From a virus (lineage: Duplodnaviria > Caudoviricetes), in the IMG/VR virus record IMGVR_UViG_3300043414_000127, positions 1 to 44,440 of that record: a stretch of 44,440 bases of DNA. One strand, written 5' to 3'. The notes beneath the pieces were generated by a model, which did not search any database, was not told the DNA's origin, and was given only the letters and a program-made list of their open reading frames with translations. The translations under genes and the position numbers were made by a program. Shown piece after piece: positions 8,990 through 17,020 of the stretch (positions within the stretch are counted from its first letter, which is position 1; every line of letters starts with the position of its first letter).

Positions 8990-9708
8990 TGAGAGCACTA
9001 ATTGATGGCGACATTGTGGTGTTTAGGGCAGCTTGTAGTGCTATAGGTGATGAGCAGTGGATTGCTCAGTCTAGAGCAGACAAGATGATCCAAGACATTT
9101 TAGAAGACACTAGGGCAACTTCGTACCAGGTTTATCTAACAGGTACAGGTAACTTTCGTAGAGAAATAGCACCATCGTACAAAGCTCATCGACCAGATGA
9201 ACGACCAGAACATTGGCAGGCTATCCGAGAGTTCCTAGTAACACATCACAAAGCTGTTGTTTGTAATGGATGGGAAGCTGATGACCAGTTAGGCATAGAT
9301 CAAGACAAAGAAACTATGAATACAGTGATCTGTTCTATTGACAAAGATTTGCTCCAAGTTCCTGGCAGGCACTACAACTTTGTTAAGAAGTTGCACAGTG
9401 CAGTCACACCTTCATATGGAAAGAAATTCTTATATCTACAGAGTTTGATTGGGGACAAGAGTGACAACATCATCGGGGTAGCTGGCATTGGACCAGTAAA
9501 AGCAGAGAGAGCTTTAGCAGAGCTTGAGACTGAAGAAGAGTGGTACGAGAAGTGCCGTGAACTCTATAACGATGACGAACGCTATCACATGAATCTTCAG
9601 TTGCTGTACATCTGGCAGAAACCAGACGACAAGTACACACCCCCGACAGGGGCAACCATAACAACTGAGCTGCCCCCACAGGCAGCGAAGGAACAGGAAC
9701 AACAATGA
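8989..9708 (+). CDS. 5'-3' exonuclease (T7 gp6/RNase H-like)
   Basis: LIDGD, FRxEIAPSYKAHR, EADD, SIDKDLLQ, GDKSDNIIGVAGIGP (H3TH). Confidence 0.92.
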   Translation: MRALIDGDIVVFRAACSAIGDEQWIAQSRADKMIQDILEDTRATSYQVYLTGTGNFRREIAPSYKAHRPDERPEHWQAIREFLVTHHKAVVCNGWEADDQLGIDQDKETMNTVICSIDKDLLQVPGRHYNFVKKLHSAVTPSYGKKFLYLQSLIGDKSDNIIGVAGIGPVKAERALAELETEEEWYEKCRELYNDDERYHMNLQLLYIWQKPDDKYTPPTGATITTELPPQAAKEQEQQ

Positions 9709-9905
9709 CACAAGAAGTAAACATGCAACACATGACCATGCGAGAGTATGTGTCGATAGCAATCCTCGGAGAACTGACTACTAAGAAAGAAATCTGGGAA
9801 GCACTTGCTGCTGGAACTGCTGATGCAAAGTCTGTTGTTAAGCAGAGCTTTGCTTGGGCGGATGTCTGGATGGTGGTACGAGAGGAGCGTAATGCCAAGA
9901 CCTAA
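9705..9905 (+). CDS. Hypothetical protein, 66 aa
   Basis: ATGA overlap; MTMREYVSIAIL...SFAWAD resembles the common phage 'MTLRDYFA' family. Confidence 0.7.
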   Translation: MTQEVNMQHMTMREYVSIAILGELTTKKEIWEALAAGTADAKSVVKQSFAWADVWMVVREERNAKT

Positions 9906-10296
9906 ACGACATAACCCAGCAGGCTATCGCAGTGGGTTAGAACAACGATTTCAAACCGCCTGCGTAGCAGAAGGTTGGAACCTGGGATACGAAGACAACA
10001 AGATCAAGTACGTAATTCCTGCAAGTAACCACACCTACACACCTGACTTCACTGTTACTAATAACGTGTACATTGAAACCAAGGGATTGTGGACTGGAGC
10101 TGACAGGAAGAAAGCCGTGCTTATCAAAGAGCAGCATCCAGAGATAACAATTCTCTATGTGTTGCAACGTAACCAGGGACTATCAAAGAAGAGTAAGACC
10201 ACTTACCTAGACTGGGCAGCTAAGAACGGATTGGATGCCTGCGTATTTGTAGACACCGACCACTGGAAAAACTTTGTAATAAAACATTTGCCATGA
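9892..10296 (+). CDS. Endonuclease I / Holliday junction resolvase (T7 gp3-like)
   Basis: YRSGLE, YTPDF, IETKG, DRKK motifs; start moved to ATG 9892 after GAGGAG. Confidence 0.92.
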   Translation: MPRPKRHNPAGYRSGLEQRFQTACVAEGWNLGYEDNKIKYVIPASNHTYTPDFTVTNNVYIETKGLWTGADRKKAVLIKEQHPEITILYVLQRNQGLSKKSKTTYLDWAAKNGLDACVFVDTDHWKNFVIKHLP

Positions 10297-10502
10297 CAAC
10301 AAAAACAACATTCCACTATTTTGAAGAGATTAAAGAAGTAACCAAGAAATCATTTGAGCTGGCAATCCCCGCTGCTAACAGTGTGCATGACAGACCTGTG
10401 TACCGCACGGGAGATGGAGATTATTTCCAGCCGTTACGACCTGGTAGTCAAGATCATAAGAAGTGCAGATCACGAGGCTTGCTTGCAAGTACAAGTTCTT
10501 AA
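10293..10502 (+). CDS. Hypothetical protein, 69 aa
   Basis: ATGA overlap with the endonuclease gene. Confidence 0.6.
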   Translation: MTTKTTFHYFEEIKEVTKKSFELAIPAANSVHDRPVYRTGDGDYFQPLRPGSQDHKKCRSRGLLASTSS

Positions 10503-10517
10503 TAACAAGGAAAAGAA

Positions 10518-10826
10518 ATGAGCTATTCAGAAGTAGAACTTGAGGTGTTGCGTTGGGGTGAAGCACGGGGCATAGTAAAGAATGGTAAAGCTATGTCTCA
10601 AGCTATCAAAACACTTGAAGAAACAACAGAGCTATTAGATGCTATCAATCGTAAGAATTTAGATGATGCTAAAGATGCCATTGGTGATGTTGTTGTGACG
10701 TTGCTTATGGTGTGCGCTATCTTAGATGTCAATCTTGTTGATTGCTTACAGGGAGCTTACGAAGAGATCAAGCATCGCAAAGGTTATTTAACTCCAGAAG
10801 GTACTTTTGTTAAGGAGAAACAATGA
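10518..10826 (+). CDS. MazG-like nucleotide pyrophosphohydrolase
   Basis: KTLEETTELL...DAIGDVVVTL (EExxE...DxxD) and YEEIKHRKG. Confidence 0.88.
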   Translation: MSYSEVELEVLRWGEARGIVKNGKAMSQAIKTLEETTELLDAINRKNLDDAKDAIGDVVVTLLMVCAILDVNLVDCLQGAYEEIKHRKGYLTPEGTFVKEKQ

Positions 10827-11002
10827 TGACTGAAGAAGATGAAGAATTCAACCGCATTGAGATGGAGTCTCGCATCAAACAAAACTACGTGCGAGATATT
10901 AAAACACCATCACGCGAAGCGTTACTAGCAGAGGTTGCAGTTTTAACAGAAATGGTACGTGTTTTGTACGCAAAGATTTCAGAATTGGAGAACAAGCAAT
11001 GA
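10823..11002 (+). CDS. Hypothetical protein, 59 aa (not in ORF track)
   Basis: Read manually; AAGGAG RBS; ATGA overlaps at both ends. Confidence 0.7.
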   Translation: MMTEEDEEFNRIEMESRIKQNYVRDIKTPSREALLAEVAVLTEMVRVLYAKISELENKQ

Positions 11003-11238
11003 CACAAGATGAAATCATTGAGATGGCTAGACGGGCTGGCGTTAGAGATGACGAGCAAATCTTTGAATTTAGCCAATACAAATACCTCGAAGCCTTTGCC
11101 AAACTGGTAGCAGCTAAAGAGCGGGAGGCGTGTGCAAAGTTAGCGCAAGAAACTATTTGCGATACACACATTCCAACTGGTGTAAACATTTACGGCACTC
11201 GTGCCGCTAAAGCCATCCGAGCAAGAGGTGAAGCATGA
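10999..11238 (+). CDS. Hypothetical protein, 79 aa
   Basis: MTQDEIIEMARRAG...EREACAK...AIRARG, a common small phage protein pattern. Confidence 0.8.
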   Translation: MTQDEIIEMARRAGVRDDEQIFEFSQYKYLEAFAKLVAAKEREACAKLAQETICDTHIPTGVNIYGTRAAKAIRARGEA

Positions 11239-11414
11239 CGCTGGCATTTGACATTTGCCGCTGCAACGGGTTGCGTGATGACTGTAATCGTTTGGTTACA
11301 CCTTGTGCAACTTGCCGCAGAGTGTTGGAGCAAGAGCCAAGTGGCCCAAGAACGCCTTGGATGGAACCTCCAATAAAAGACGGTGTGTGCGAGTACGTTA
11401 TTCAAACACACTAA
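11235..11414 (+). CDS. Small Cys-rich protein, 59 aa (not in ORF track)
   Basis: Read manually: MTLAFDICRCNG...CATCRR...VCEY; ATGA overlap. Confidence 0.65.
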   Translation: MTLAFDICRCNGLRDDCNRLVTPCATCRRVLEQEPSGPRTPWMEPPIKDGVCEYVIQTH

Positions 11415-11432
11415 CCCCTTATTAATATATAT

Positions 11433-11657
11433 GTGAACAAAATGGATGAAACAGACAATTTAATGATAGCTGAGTTAGAACAAGAGAACATGCTTATGAG
11501 GGCTAGAAACGCTCGTCTTGAAGCTGAAGCAGCACAACGTAAACGCACATGGGTTGGGCTGACATGGAATGATGTTCCAGACGAATGGGTTGGCAAAGTT
11601 GCGTTTATGGAAGGCGCTAAATGGGCTGATAAACAACTCAAGGAGAAGAACACATGA
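11433..11657 (+). CDS. Hypothetical protein, 74 aa
   Basis: WVGLT...LKEKNT pattern; ATGA overlap with next gene. Confidence 0.7.
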   Translation: MNKMDETDNLMIAELEQENMLMRARNARLEAEAAQRKRTWVGLTWNDVPDEWVGKVAFMEGAKWADKQLKEKNT

Positions 11658-12283
11658 GCTACATCATTGCAAGCCTGCCGCCCCTAAAGTGCTTTGTTAG
11701 GCGAGAGTTTTTGTACAACCATACCAAAGGACATGGAGAATTTGAACCAGCAATTTGGGTAAGCATTAAAGCGTTAAGAGGGCAGGTGTTTCGTATCGAA
11801 TCCTTGTTGCCTAACTACGGCGCTTTGTATGACAAACTACCGCTTCATGCCTATGTTTGGAAAGAAGATCATGGTAATTTACCTATTGACACCCTGCAAC
11901 TTTGGGACTGCATGGGGTATCGCTTTACTGTGTGTGAGAAGATTGGCTTGCGTAACTTAGGTGTAAAGTTTTTAGGTAAAGATAAACAATGGAATCACGG
12001 ACATTACCTGTTTACTGTAGACTTTTGTGCAGATGGCATGGATGCAGATACGGGGTTTACTGAGCAGGCTGAAGAACATAAGTCGTTTAACTTTATACGA
12101 CTTGATAATGGTCAGTTTGCTACGCAACCTAACAACCGATGTTTATGGTATGACCAGAGCCTGATCCCAGTCGAAGTAAAGTTTCCTGACTTCCAAGCAG
12201 CTAAAGATTTTTACACTGTTGATGGCACACGCAAGTGGTCAGCAGGCGGTGATTGGTTTTACGACATTAAGGAAAGAGTATGA
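11654..12283 (+). CDS. Phage hypothetical protein, 209 aa
   Basis: Long ORF, AAGGAG RBS, aromatic-rich globular composition (LQLWDC, QPNNRC). Confidence 0.85.
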   Translation: MSYIIASLPPLKCFVRREFLYNHTKGHGEFEPAIWVSIKALRGQVFRIESLLPNYGALYDKLPLHAYVWKEDHGNLPIDTLQLWDCMGYRFTVCEKIGLRNLGVKFLGKDKQWNHGHYLFTVDFCADGMDADTGFTEQAEEHKSFNFIRLDNGQFATQPNNRCLWYDQSLIPVEVKFPDFQAAKDFYTVDGTRKWSAGGDWFYDIKERV

Positions 12284-12507
12284 AAACAGTGTTAGCACCT
12301 AACGCCCCTTGGCCTGGTAAAGATGTCAAGTTACTAGGAACAAAGCCACCATCAAAAGAAAAGCCGCGACCAAGACTAATCTTTAGTGCGGCTAATGTGG
12401 ATTACTTTGCAGACATCCACGATGAATTGTTGCAGCCCCCCAAAAGGGGGAGAGGAAACCCTAATGCAGCAAAGAACTTTGAGAAGTTTAATCTTCGATT
12501 TTTGTAA
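12280..12507 (+). CDS. Hypothetical basic protein, 75 aa; last gene of the + arm
   Basis: ATGA overlap; AAGGA RBS. Confidence 0.65.
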   Translation: MKTVLAPNAPWPGKDVKLLGTKPPSKEKPRPRLIFSAANVDYFADIHDELLQPPKRGRGNPNAAKNFEKFNLRFL

Positions 12508-12736
12508 TGACGTAAGTGGAGACAGTAACAGCCTCGTCTTCATCTTCTTCTACTTCGTCGTCAAATTCTTCTTGATCATCAAACTCAGCAACTTGCTCAT
12601 AGTCAGCAGCCCAGCCGTTTTCTTTTTGGAACTCAATGAACTCGCGGAGTAGTTCAATCTTGTCAAAGTCAGAAGTCTCGATGGTCACCTTCTCGTCACC
12701 ACCCCAAGCCGAAATGTCGATTTCAATTTTGTACAT
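12488..12736 (-). CDS. Highly acidic protein, 82 aa; last gene of the - arm
   Basis: AAAGGA RBS before ATG 12736; EFDDQEEFDDEVEEDEDE tract. Confidence 0.75.
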   Translation of the reverse strand: MYKIEIDISAWGGDEKVTIETSDFDKIELLREFIEFQKENGWAADYEQVAEFDDQEEFDDEVEEDEDEAVTVSTYVITKIED

Positions 12737-12746
12737 GATTAGTCCT

Positions 12747-13721
12747 TTAAACATTAATGATTTGACCACGAAACTCAATCTGCCCATCAGCCCACTTGTG
12801 AACTAATTCAGGCCAGAGAAGTTTGCCATCCTTAAATGACAGAACAGCGAAACCTGATCTCCAGTTTACTGGAGCATCTTCCAAGTAGTCCATGAATTGT
12901 GGACCATTTGTCTCAGCTAGTGTACCCGTATCAACCCCAAACCTATTGCCGTTGTAATCTGCATAGGGAGTTACCTTAAGACTGTGTAGATGGCCTGTAA
13001 CCATAGTCTTACCACTACCAACTGTGTTGTTATGAGTAGCATGAATCCCGCCCTTCCAGCGGTGTTTAACGACCACATCATCAGTCACCCAACATGACCA
13101 GCAGGGCTTCCATGCAGGAAAATGGTCTTTAAGGGAAAACCCTTTAACTTGTTCGTACTGAGGAGCATTAGCTGCAAGGCGGTTCTCAAACCTAGCATCA
13201 TGGTTGCCTAGTGTCCACACCAAATGGACGTTGTGACGAGCAGCTTTGGCAGTCTCCTCAATCTCACCCATCGTTAACTCACAAGCTTTTAATTCTTGAA
13301 TGACAGTAGGTGTTGAGTCCCACCCAATCCTAGGGTGGCGGCTAATACTAGCGCCGTCAAAAATGTCGCCGTTAGCAATAACTGCTTTCGGTTGCAGTTC
13401 CTTAATAGCCCATAACAGACCACGATAAGCAGTAGTGTGAATACCAGGCCAAAAGTGTGCATCAGAGAAAATAATGACAGTTCCATTTTCCACTCCCAAA
13501 TTAGTCCTAGCTGGATTCTTTGCAGATTGCTGGAGTCCTCTAAATTGATCTGCCTTTCGTGAAGGGTTTTCTAATGGAATGTTACGTCTTTCCTCAATGC
13601 GCCTGCGTCTAGCATTTACTTTGCGTAAGGTTGTGCCAAGAATCTCAGCAATCTTTTGGGTTGAGCCATGAACCTTCCATAGTTCAATGAACTCATTCTC
13701 TGAGCATAACGGTCTAGGCAT
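12747..13721 (-). CDS. Calcineurin-like metallophosphoesterase with a possible N-terminal HTH
   Basis: SDAH, NGDIFD, LGNHD, VKH and TGHLH motifs. Confidence 0.9.
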   Translation of the reverse strand: MPRPLCSENEFIELWKVHGSTQKIAEILGTTLRKVNARRRRIEERRNIPLENPSRKADQFRGLQQSAKNPARTNLGVENGTVIIFSDAHFWPGIHTTAYRGLLWAIKELQPKAVIANGDIFDGASISRHPRIGWDSTPTVIQELKACELTMGEIEETAKAARHNVHLVWTLGNHDARFENRLAANAPQYEQVKGFSLKDHFPAWKPCWSCWVTDDVVVKHRWKGGIHATHNNTVGSGKTMVTGHLHSLKVTPYADYNGNRFGVDTGTLAETNGPQFMDYLEDAPVNWRSGFAVLSFKDGKLLWPELVHKWADGQIEFRGQIINV

Positions 13722-13722
13722 A

Positions 13723-14166
13723 TCAATCCTTCAGTTTAAGTCGCCAAAATAAAGTGCCATTAGCACCCCAAGGTTTACTCGGTTCAAACAATTTAAAATC
13801 ACAGTTGATCAAACTGTTTGAAGATGCAGGGTTGAGATATGTATCAGTAATAAGCCAGCGCCAACCTAACGCTCTGGCTTGCCTAACTCGCGCTCGAATA
13901 AGTTTTTTCTGTATGCCTTGTCCACGATGACTAGGTAACACGCCTGCACGACACAGATAACCAGTATCACCCCAGCGAACAGAAGGAACAAGACCCCCAA
14001 AAGCGCACGGCAAATTAAGTGAGTCATAAACTATCCACCACCAGCCTGTTGTTGTATTAAAAGGTGAATCAAAAGGGAGGCACTTCTTTTGAAGTACCCC
14101 CAACTCCTCTTGTATTTGCAAGTGGCGAATATCAACACGCTTAATTTTCATAAGCGTATTACACAT
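13723..14166 (-). CDS. GNAT-family acetyltransferase
   Basis: Motif A GVLPSHRGQGIQKKL; motif B NPASSNSLINCDF. Confidence 0.88.
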   Translation of the reverse strand: MCNTLMKIKRVDIRHLQIQEELGVLQKKCLPFDSPFNTTTGWWWIVYDSLNLPCAFGGLVPSVRWGDTGYLCRAGVLPSHRGQGIQKKLIRARVRQARALGWRWLITDTYLNPASSNSLINCDFKLFEPSKPWGANGTLFWRLKLKD

Positions 14167-14182
14167 TTACAGTGTGACCTAT

Positions 14183-14611
14183 TTATGAATAAGTTCGTGT
14201 GCCCTGCTTATCAATGATTAGCCGTTGTTTTCTTGGTACACCACTTAGCTCATTAGGAATAGAGATGTGTGTCCAACGATCAAACTCACGGATAACCTGA
14301 TCATAAGGAAGATCAGCAGCTATGACAGCCTTAACAACTTCGTCAGGAGTCATACCTGGTACACGAATGTCAGCAGCACAACCAACACGATGTTGACTGG
14401 TATCTTTAGAACCAACAGCATCATTCAAAGCCTTACAACGAAAAGCAGAGTTGATCATAATTGGTTTGTTATTAAGAACAACTTTAACTTTTTCTAAGAA
14501 ATCAGCCAGACGTTTAAGATTGTTTATCTCCCTGTCGTTAGGAGTGTTCTCAATCTCACGATGATCCGTATGTGTTAGTTCTTCTAACGTAAAGTGTTTA
14601 CTCATTTGCAT
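14183..14611 (-). CDS. Endolysin, peptidase M15A-like
   Basis: SKHFTLEEL, SAFRC, SQHxxGxAADI, WTHIS motifs; GAGGAG RBS. Confidence 0.88.
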   Translation of the reverse strand: MQMSKHFTLEELTHTDHREIENTPNDREINNLKRLADFLEKVKVVLNNKPIMINSAFRCKALNDAVGSKDTSQHRVGCAADIRVPGMTPDEVVKAVIAADLPYDQVIREFDRWTHISIPNELSGVPRKQRLIIDKQGTRTYS

Positions 14612-14846
14612 CTGTATTCTCCTCAACAGCATTGTTCATTTTGATAGCAGCCAACCAGCCAATAAAACCACCAATGATGGTGCTAAAAGCAGGGGCAATA
14701 ATTGGAAAGATGTCTTTGTTGTCGATCACACTGTTAGGCACAAACATGCCACCCAGCAAACACAAAGTCATTGCAACGATTACAAAGCAAAGCGTGAACG
14801 CCATGTATTTTGCAATACCAATAATTGCTTTCTGAAAGTCTGTCAT
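14598..14846 (-). CDS. Two-TM membrane protein, holin-like
   Basis: Two hydrophobic segments; adjacent to the endolysin. Confidence 0.6.
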   Translation of the reverse strand: MTDFQKAIIGIAKYMAFTLCFVIVAMTLCLLGGMFVPNSVIDNKDIFPIIAPAFSTIIGGFIGWLAAIKMNNAVEENTDANE

Positions 14847-15295
14847 TTACGTTTCTCCATGATTTTCTCGGCAGTACGACCACCAAAATATGCCAGCATG
14901 ATGAGCTGGCCCCATTCTCCCAACAACTTAACGTAGGATTCGTTCACGTTGATACCGCCTGCGCTTAGTGCAGCAAACAAGAAGTAAGCAATAAAGATAG
15001 CAATCAATGTCATAGGACGGATGTTCTTAGACAACCAAGAGTCGCTAGACATATCAGCTTGCCAACGATCTGTTACCGCTTTGGTTTCAATCTCAAACGC
15101 CTTGGTATCAATCTCTTTAAGTTTTAAAGCAAGATCTGGGTTAGCTTGAAGAGCCGTAGTAACTTCAGTAATAGAAGCTGGTACGCCTAATTTATCTGCA
15201 ATAGCTTTGATAGCCATGCCTCCCATTGGACCCATGACAGCAGTAGCTAATGCAGGAGCTGCGCCTTTAAGAATTGCTAGTAGATCATTCATCAT
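14843..15295 (-). CDS. Putative holin (3TM holin-like family)
   Basis: WQADMSSDSWLSKNIRP...AYFGGRTAEK pattern with TM segments. Confidence 0.75.
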   Translation of the reverse strand: MMNDLLAILKGAAPALATAVMGPMGGMAIKAIADKLGVPASITEVTTALQANPDLALKLKEIDTKAFEIETKAVTDRWQADMSSDSWLSKNIRPMTLIAIFIAYFLFAALSAGGINVNESYVKLLGEWGQLIMLAYFGGRTAEKIMEKRK

Positions 15296-15461
15296 CTTTT
15301 CTTTCTACAAGTTTTTGTTTACGGTCTTTTTCTTCAATGCGAGTTAACAATGCTTCAACTTTGTTGAGCTGTTTACTTTGGTAAGCGACAGCAAACGACA
15401 ACGCCATCATAATAAAAATCATGAGCGTAACGATTGCTACCCAAAACCAAAATTCTTTCAT
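15285..15461 (-). CDS. Single-TM protein, 58 aa, possible lysis accessory
   Basis: Start moved to ATG 15461 (ATGA overlap); N-terminal TM then charged coil. Confidence 0.6.
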   Translation of the reverse strand: MKEFWFWVAIVTLMIFIMMALSFAVAYQSKQLNKVEALLTRIEEKDRKQKLVERKDDE

Positions 15462-16198
15462 AGAGCTAAATACAGTCCAGTCATTTCCAACATTACGATT
15501 ACCACTACTGCTACGTAGATCAACTTGGACACTAGGATTTCTTGACGGTGTTCGTGTTGCCATGCTGTGTCTCGTTCTTTTTTGAGCTTGATCTCACGAG
15601 CAACCTCCTGTTCTTCTAAAATCTCATCGTACTTTGCCAAGAACTCTTGGTACATTGCACCAAGTCCTAGTTCTGCTGGAGTCCCATAGATCATTACTTG
15701 TTTGAGTTGACTGTTTAGTTGTTTCATTTGCCACTGCATTTCAATTCGATCTATTGCACTGTCGGCAACCTTCTCGGTAGTGAGAGCTTCTTCTTCAAGT
15801 TCCCGACAATGTTCTTTAAGCTGACGCACAGCATCAAAGTAAACCTTTAAATTCTCACAAATCTCATGGACAGTTCTGGCTTGAAACTCCTCATAGCTTA
15901 GTTCTGGTTCTTGCTTGCGACTTGCCTTTTTCTCCACAGGCTTGGCTTGTGTCTCAGGCGTTGACGACAAAACAGTTTGTCTCTCAGATTTGCCATTTTG
16001 TTCACCACTAAAAAGATTAGTGATCCAATCCCATAGTCCTGCGACTGTTTCGTAAGTCTCTTTGACTTGCCCAACAATACCTTCCACTTCAGACTTAGCA
16101 TCGTCAATAAATGCCTTACCTTCTGAGAGCATTTGACAGCCAGCGCGGATAGCACCGACTGCACTCTGTGCCATAAGTAAAAGAGAGATTGGGTCCAC
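15458..16198 (-). CDS. Coiled-coil membrane protein, 246 aa
   Basis: MDPISL-type N-terminus, helical body, C-terminal TM segment. Confidence 0.75.
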   Translation of the reverse strand: MDPISLLLMAQSAVGAIRAGCQMLSEGKAFIDDAKSEVEGIVGQVKETYETVAGLWDWITNLFSGEQNGKSERQTVLSSTPETQAKPVEKKASRKQEPELSYEEFQARTVHEICENLKVYFDAVRQLKEHCRELEEEALTTEKVADSAIDRIEMQWQMKQLNSQLKQVMIYGTPAELGLGAMYQEFLAKYDEILEEQEVAREIKLKKERDTAWQHEHRQEILVSKLIYVAVVVIVMLEMTGLYLAL

Positions 16199-16208
16199 AT
16201 CAGTTTAG

Positions 16209-17018
16209 TTAAGTTGGAGCTGTATAAGCAGTGATGATGCCATTAGCAACAGTCAAAGAACCATTAGTGCCTGCAACAGTTAGTTTAGCCAAAGCTACTG
16301 TAGTTGAAACACCTATGTTCTCAGTAGCCATAGTGCCCAACCCAAGATTAGTTCTTGCTGTAGAAGCAGAAGCTAAGTCAGACAAGTTGTTAGCTCTGTA
16401 AGCATAGGTTGTATCCGTGCCTGTAGTTGAGTAGCTAGATGTGTTAGCTACTGCCATAGTACCAAGACCTAAATTAGTACGGGCACTAGAGGCAGAAGCT
16501 AGATCACTAAGGTTGTTTGCACGATACGCATAAGTAGTGTCTGCTCCTGTAGCAGTTACTCCAAGATTGGTACGTGCTGTGCTTGCACTAGCTAGATCTG
16601 AAAGATTGTTAGCTCGAAAAGCGTAAGTTGTATCACTACCAGTAGCCGTAACTCCCAGATTAGTACGAGCTGTACTAACAGATGCAAGATCACTAAGATT
16701 GTTTGATCTAAAAGCATACGTAGTATCTGTACCAGTTGTAGAGTAGGCAGTAGTCCAACTAGGTACACCAACAGCAGTCATTTGCAACAAAGAAGTAGCA
16801 GCAGGCGGAGCTAACCTAGTTAGATTATCTGTAGCGTTGCTATAGATAATGTCTCCTTTGTTGTACGTAGTTAAACCTGTACCCCCAAACTCAGGCTCAA
16901 TAGGAACATCTAAGGTAGAGGCAGTACCAAACACCCTATCACTAAGCCTTTGGAACCAGTCTCTCCAAACAAAGCTTTCGCCAATAGGGTTCTGTGGGAT
17001 AGGTGTTTGTTTAGCCAT
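16209..17018 (-). CDS. Tail fibre-like protein with 4 internal repeats
   Basis: Repeated TxGxDTTYAxRxNNLSDLASxSxARTNLG units. Confidence 0.75.
   Translation of the reverse strand: MAKQTPIPQNPIGESFVWRDWFQRLSDRVFGTASTLDVPIEPEFGGTGLTTYNKGDIIYSNATDNLTRLAPPAATSLLQMTAVGVPSWTTAYSTTGTDTTYAFRSNNLSDLASVSTARTNLGVTATGSDTTYAFRANNLSDLASASTARTNLGVTATGADTTYAYRANNLSDLASASSARTNLGLGTMAVANTSSYSTTGTDTTYAYRANNLSDLASASTARTNLGLGTMATENIGVSTTVALAKLTVAGTNGSLTVANGIITAYTAPT
16325..16745 (-). repeat. Intragenic tandem repeats (4 copies, ~93-nt core period)
   Basis: Protein-level near identity with many synonymous nucleotide differences. Confidence 0.85.
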
Positions 17019-17020
17019 GC

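Noticed and set aside
15462-15563. Apparent 100-nt gene overlap suggesting nested spanins
   Set aside because: An ATGA-coupled start at 15461 removes the overlap; no lipobox seen.
16325-16745. Possible CRISPR array or DGR template/variable repeat
   Set aside because: Repeats are in-frame coding units with synonymous divergence and no unique spacers; no cas or reverse transcriptase gene in the genome.
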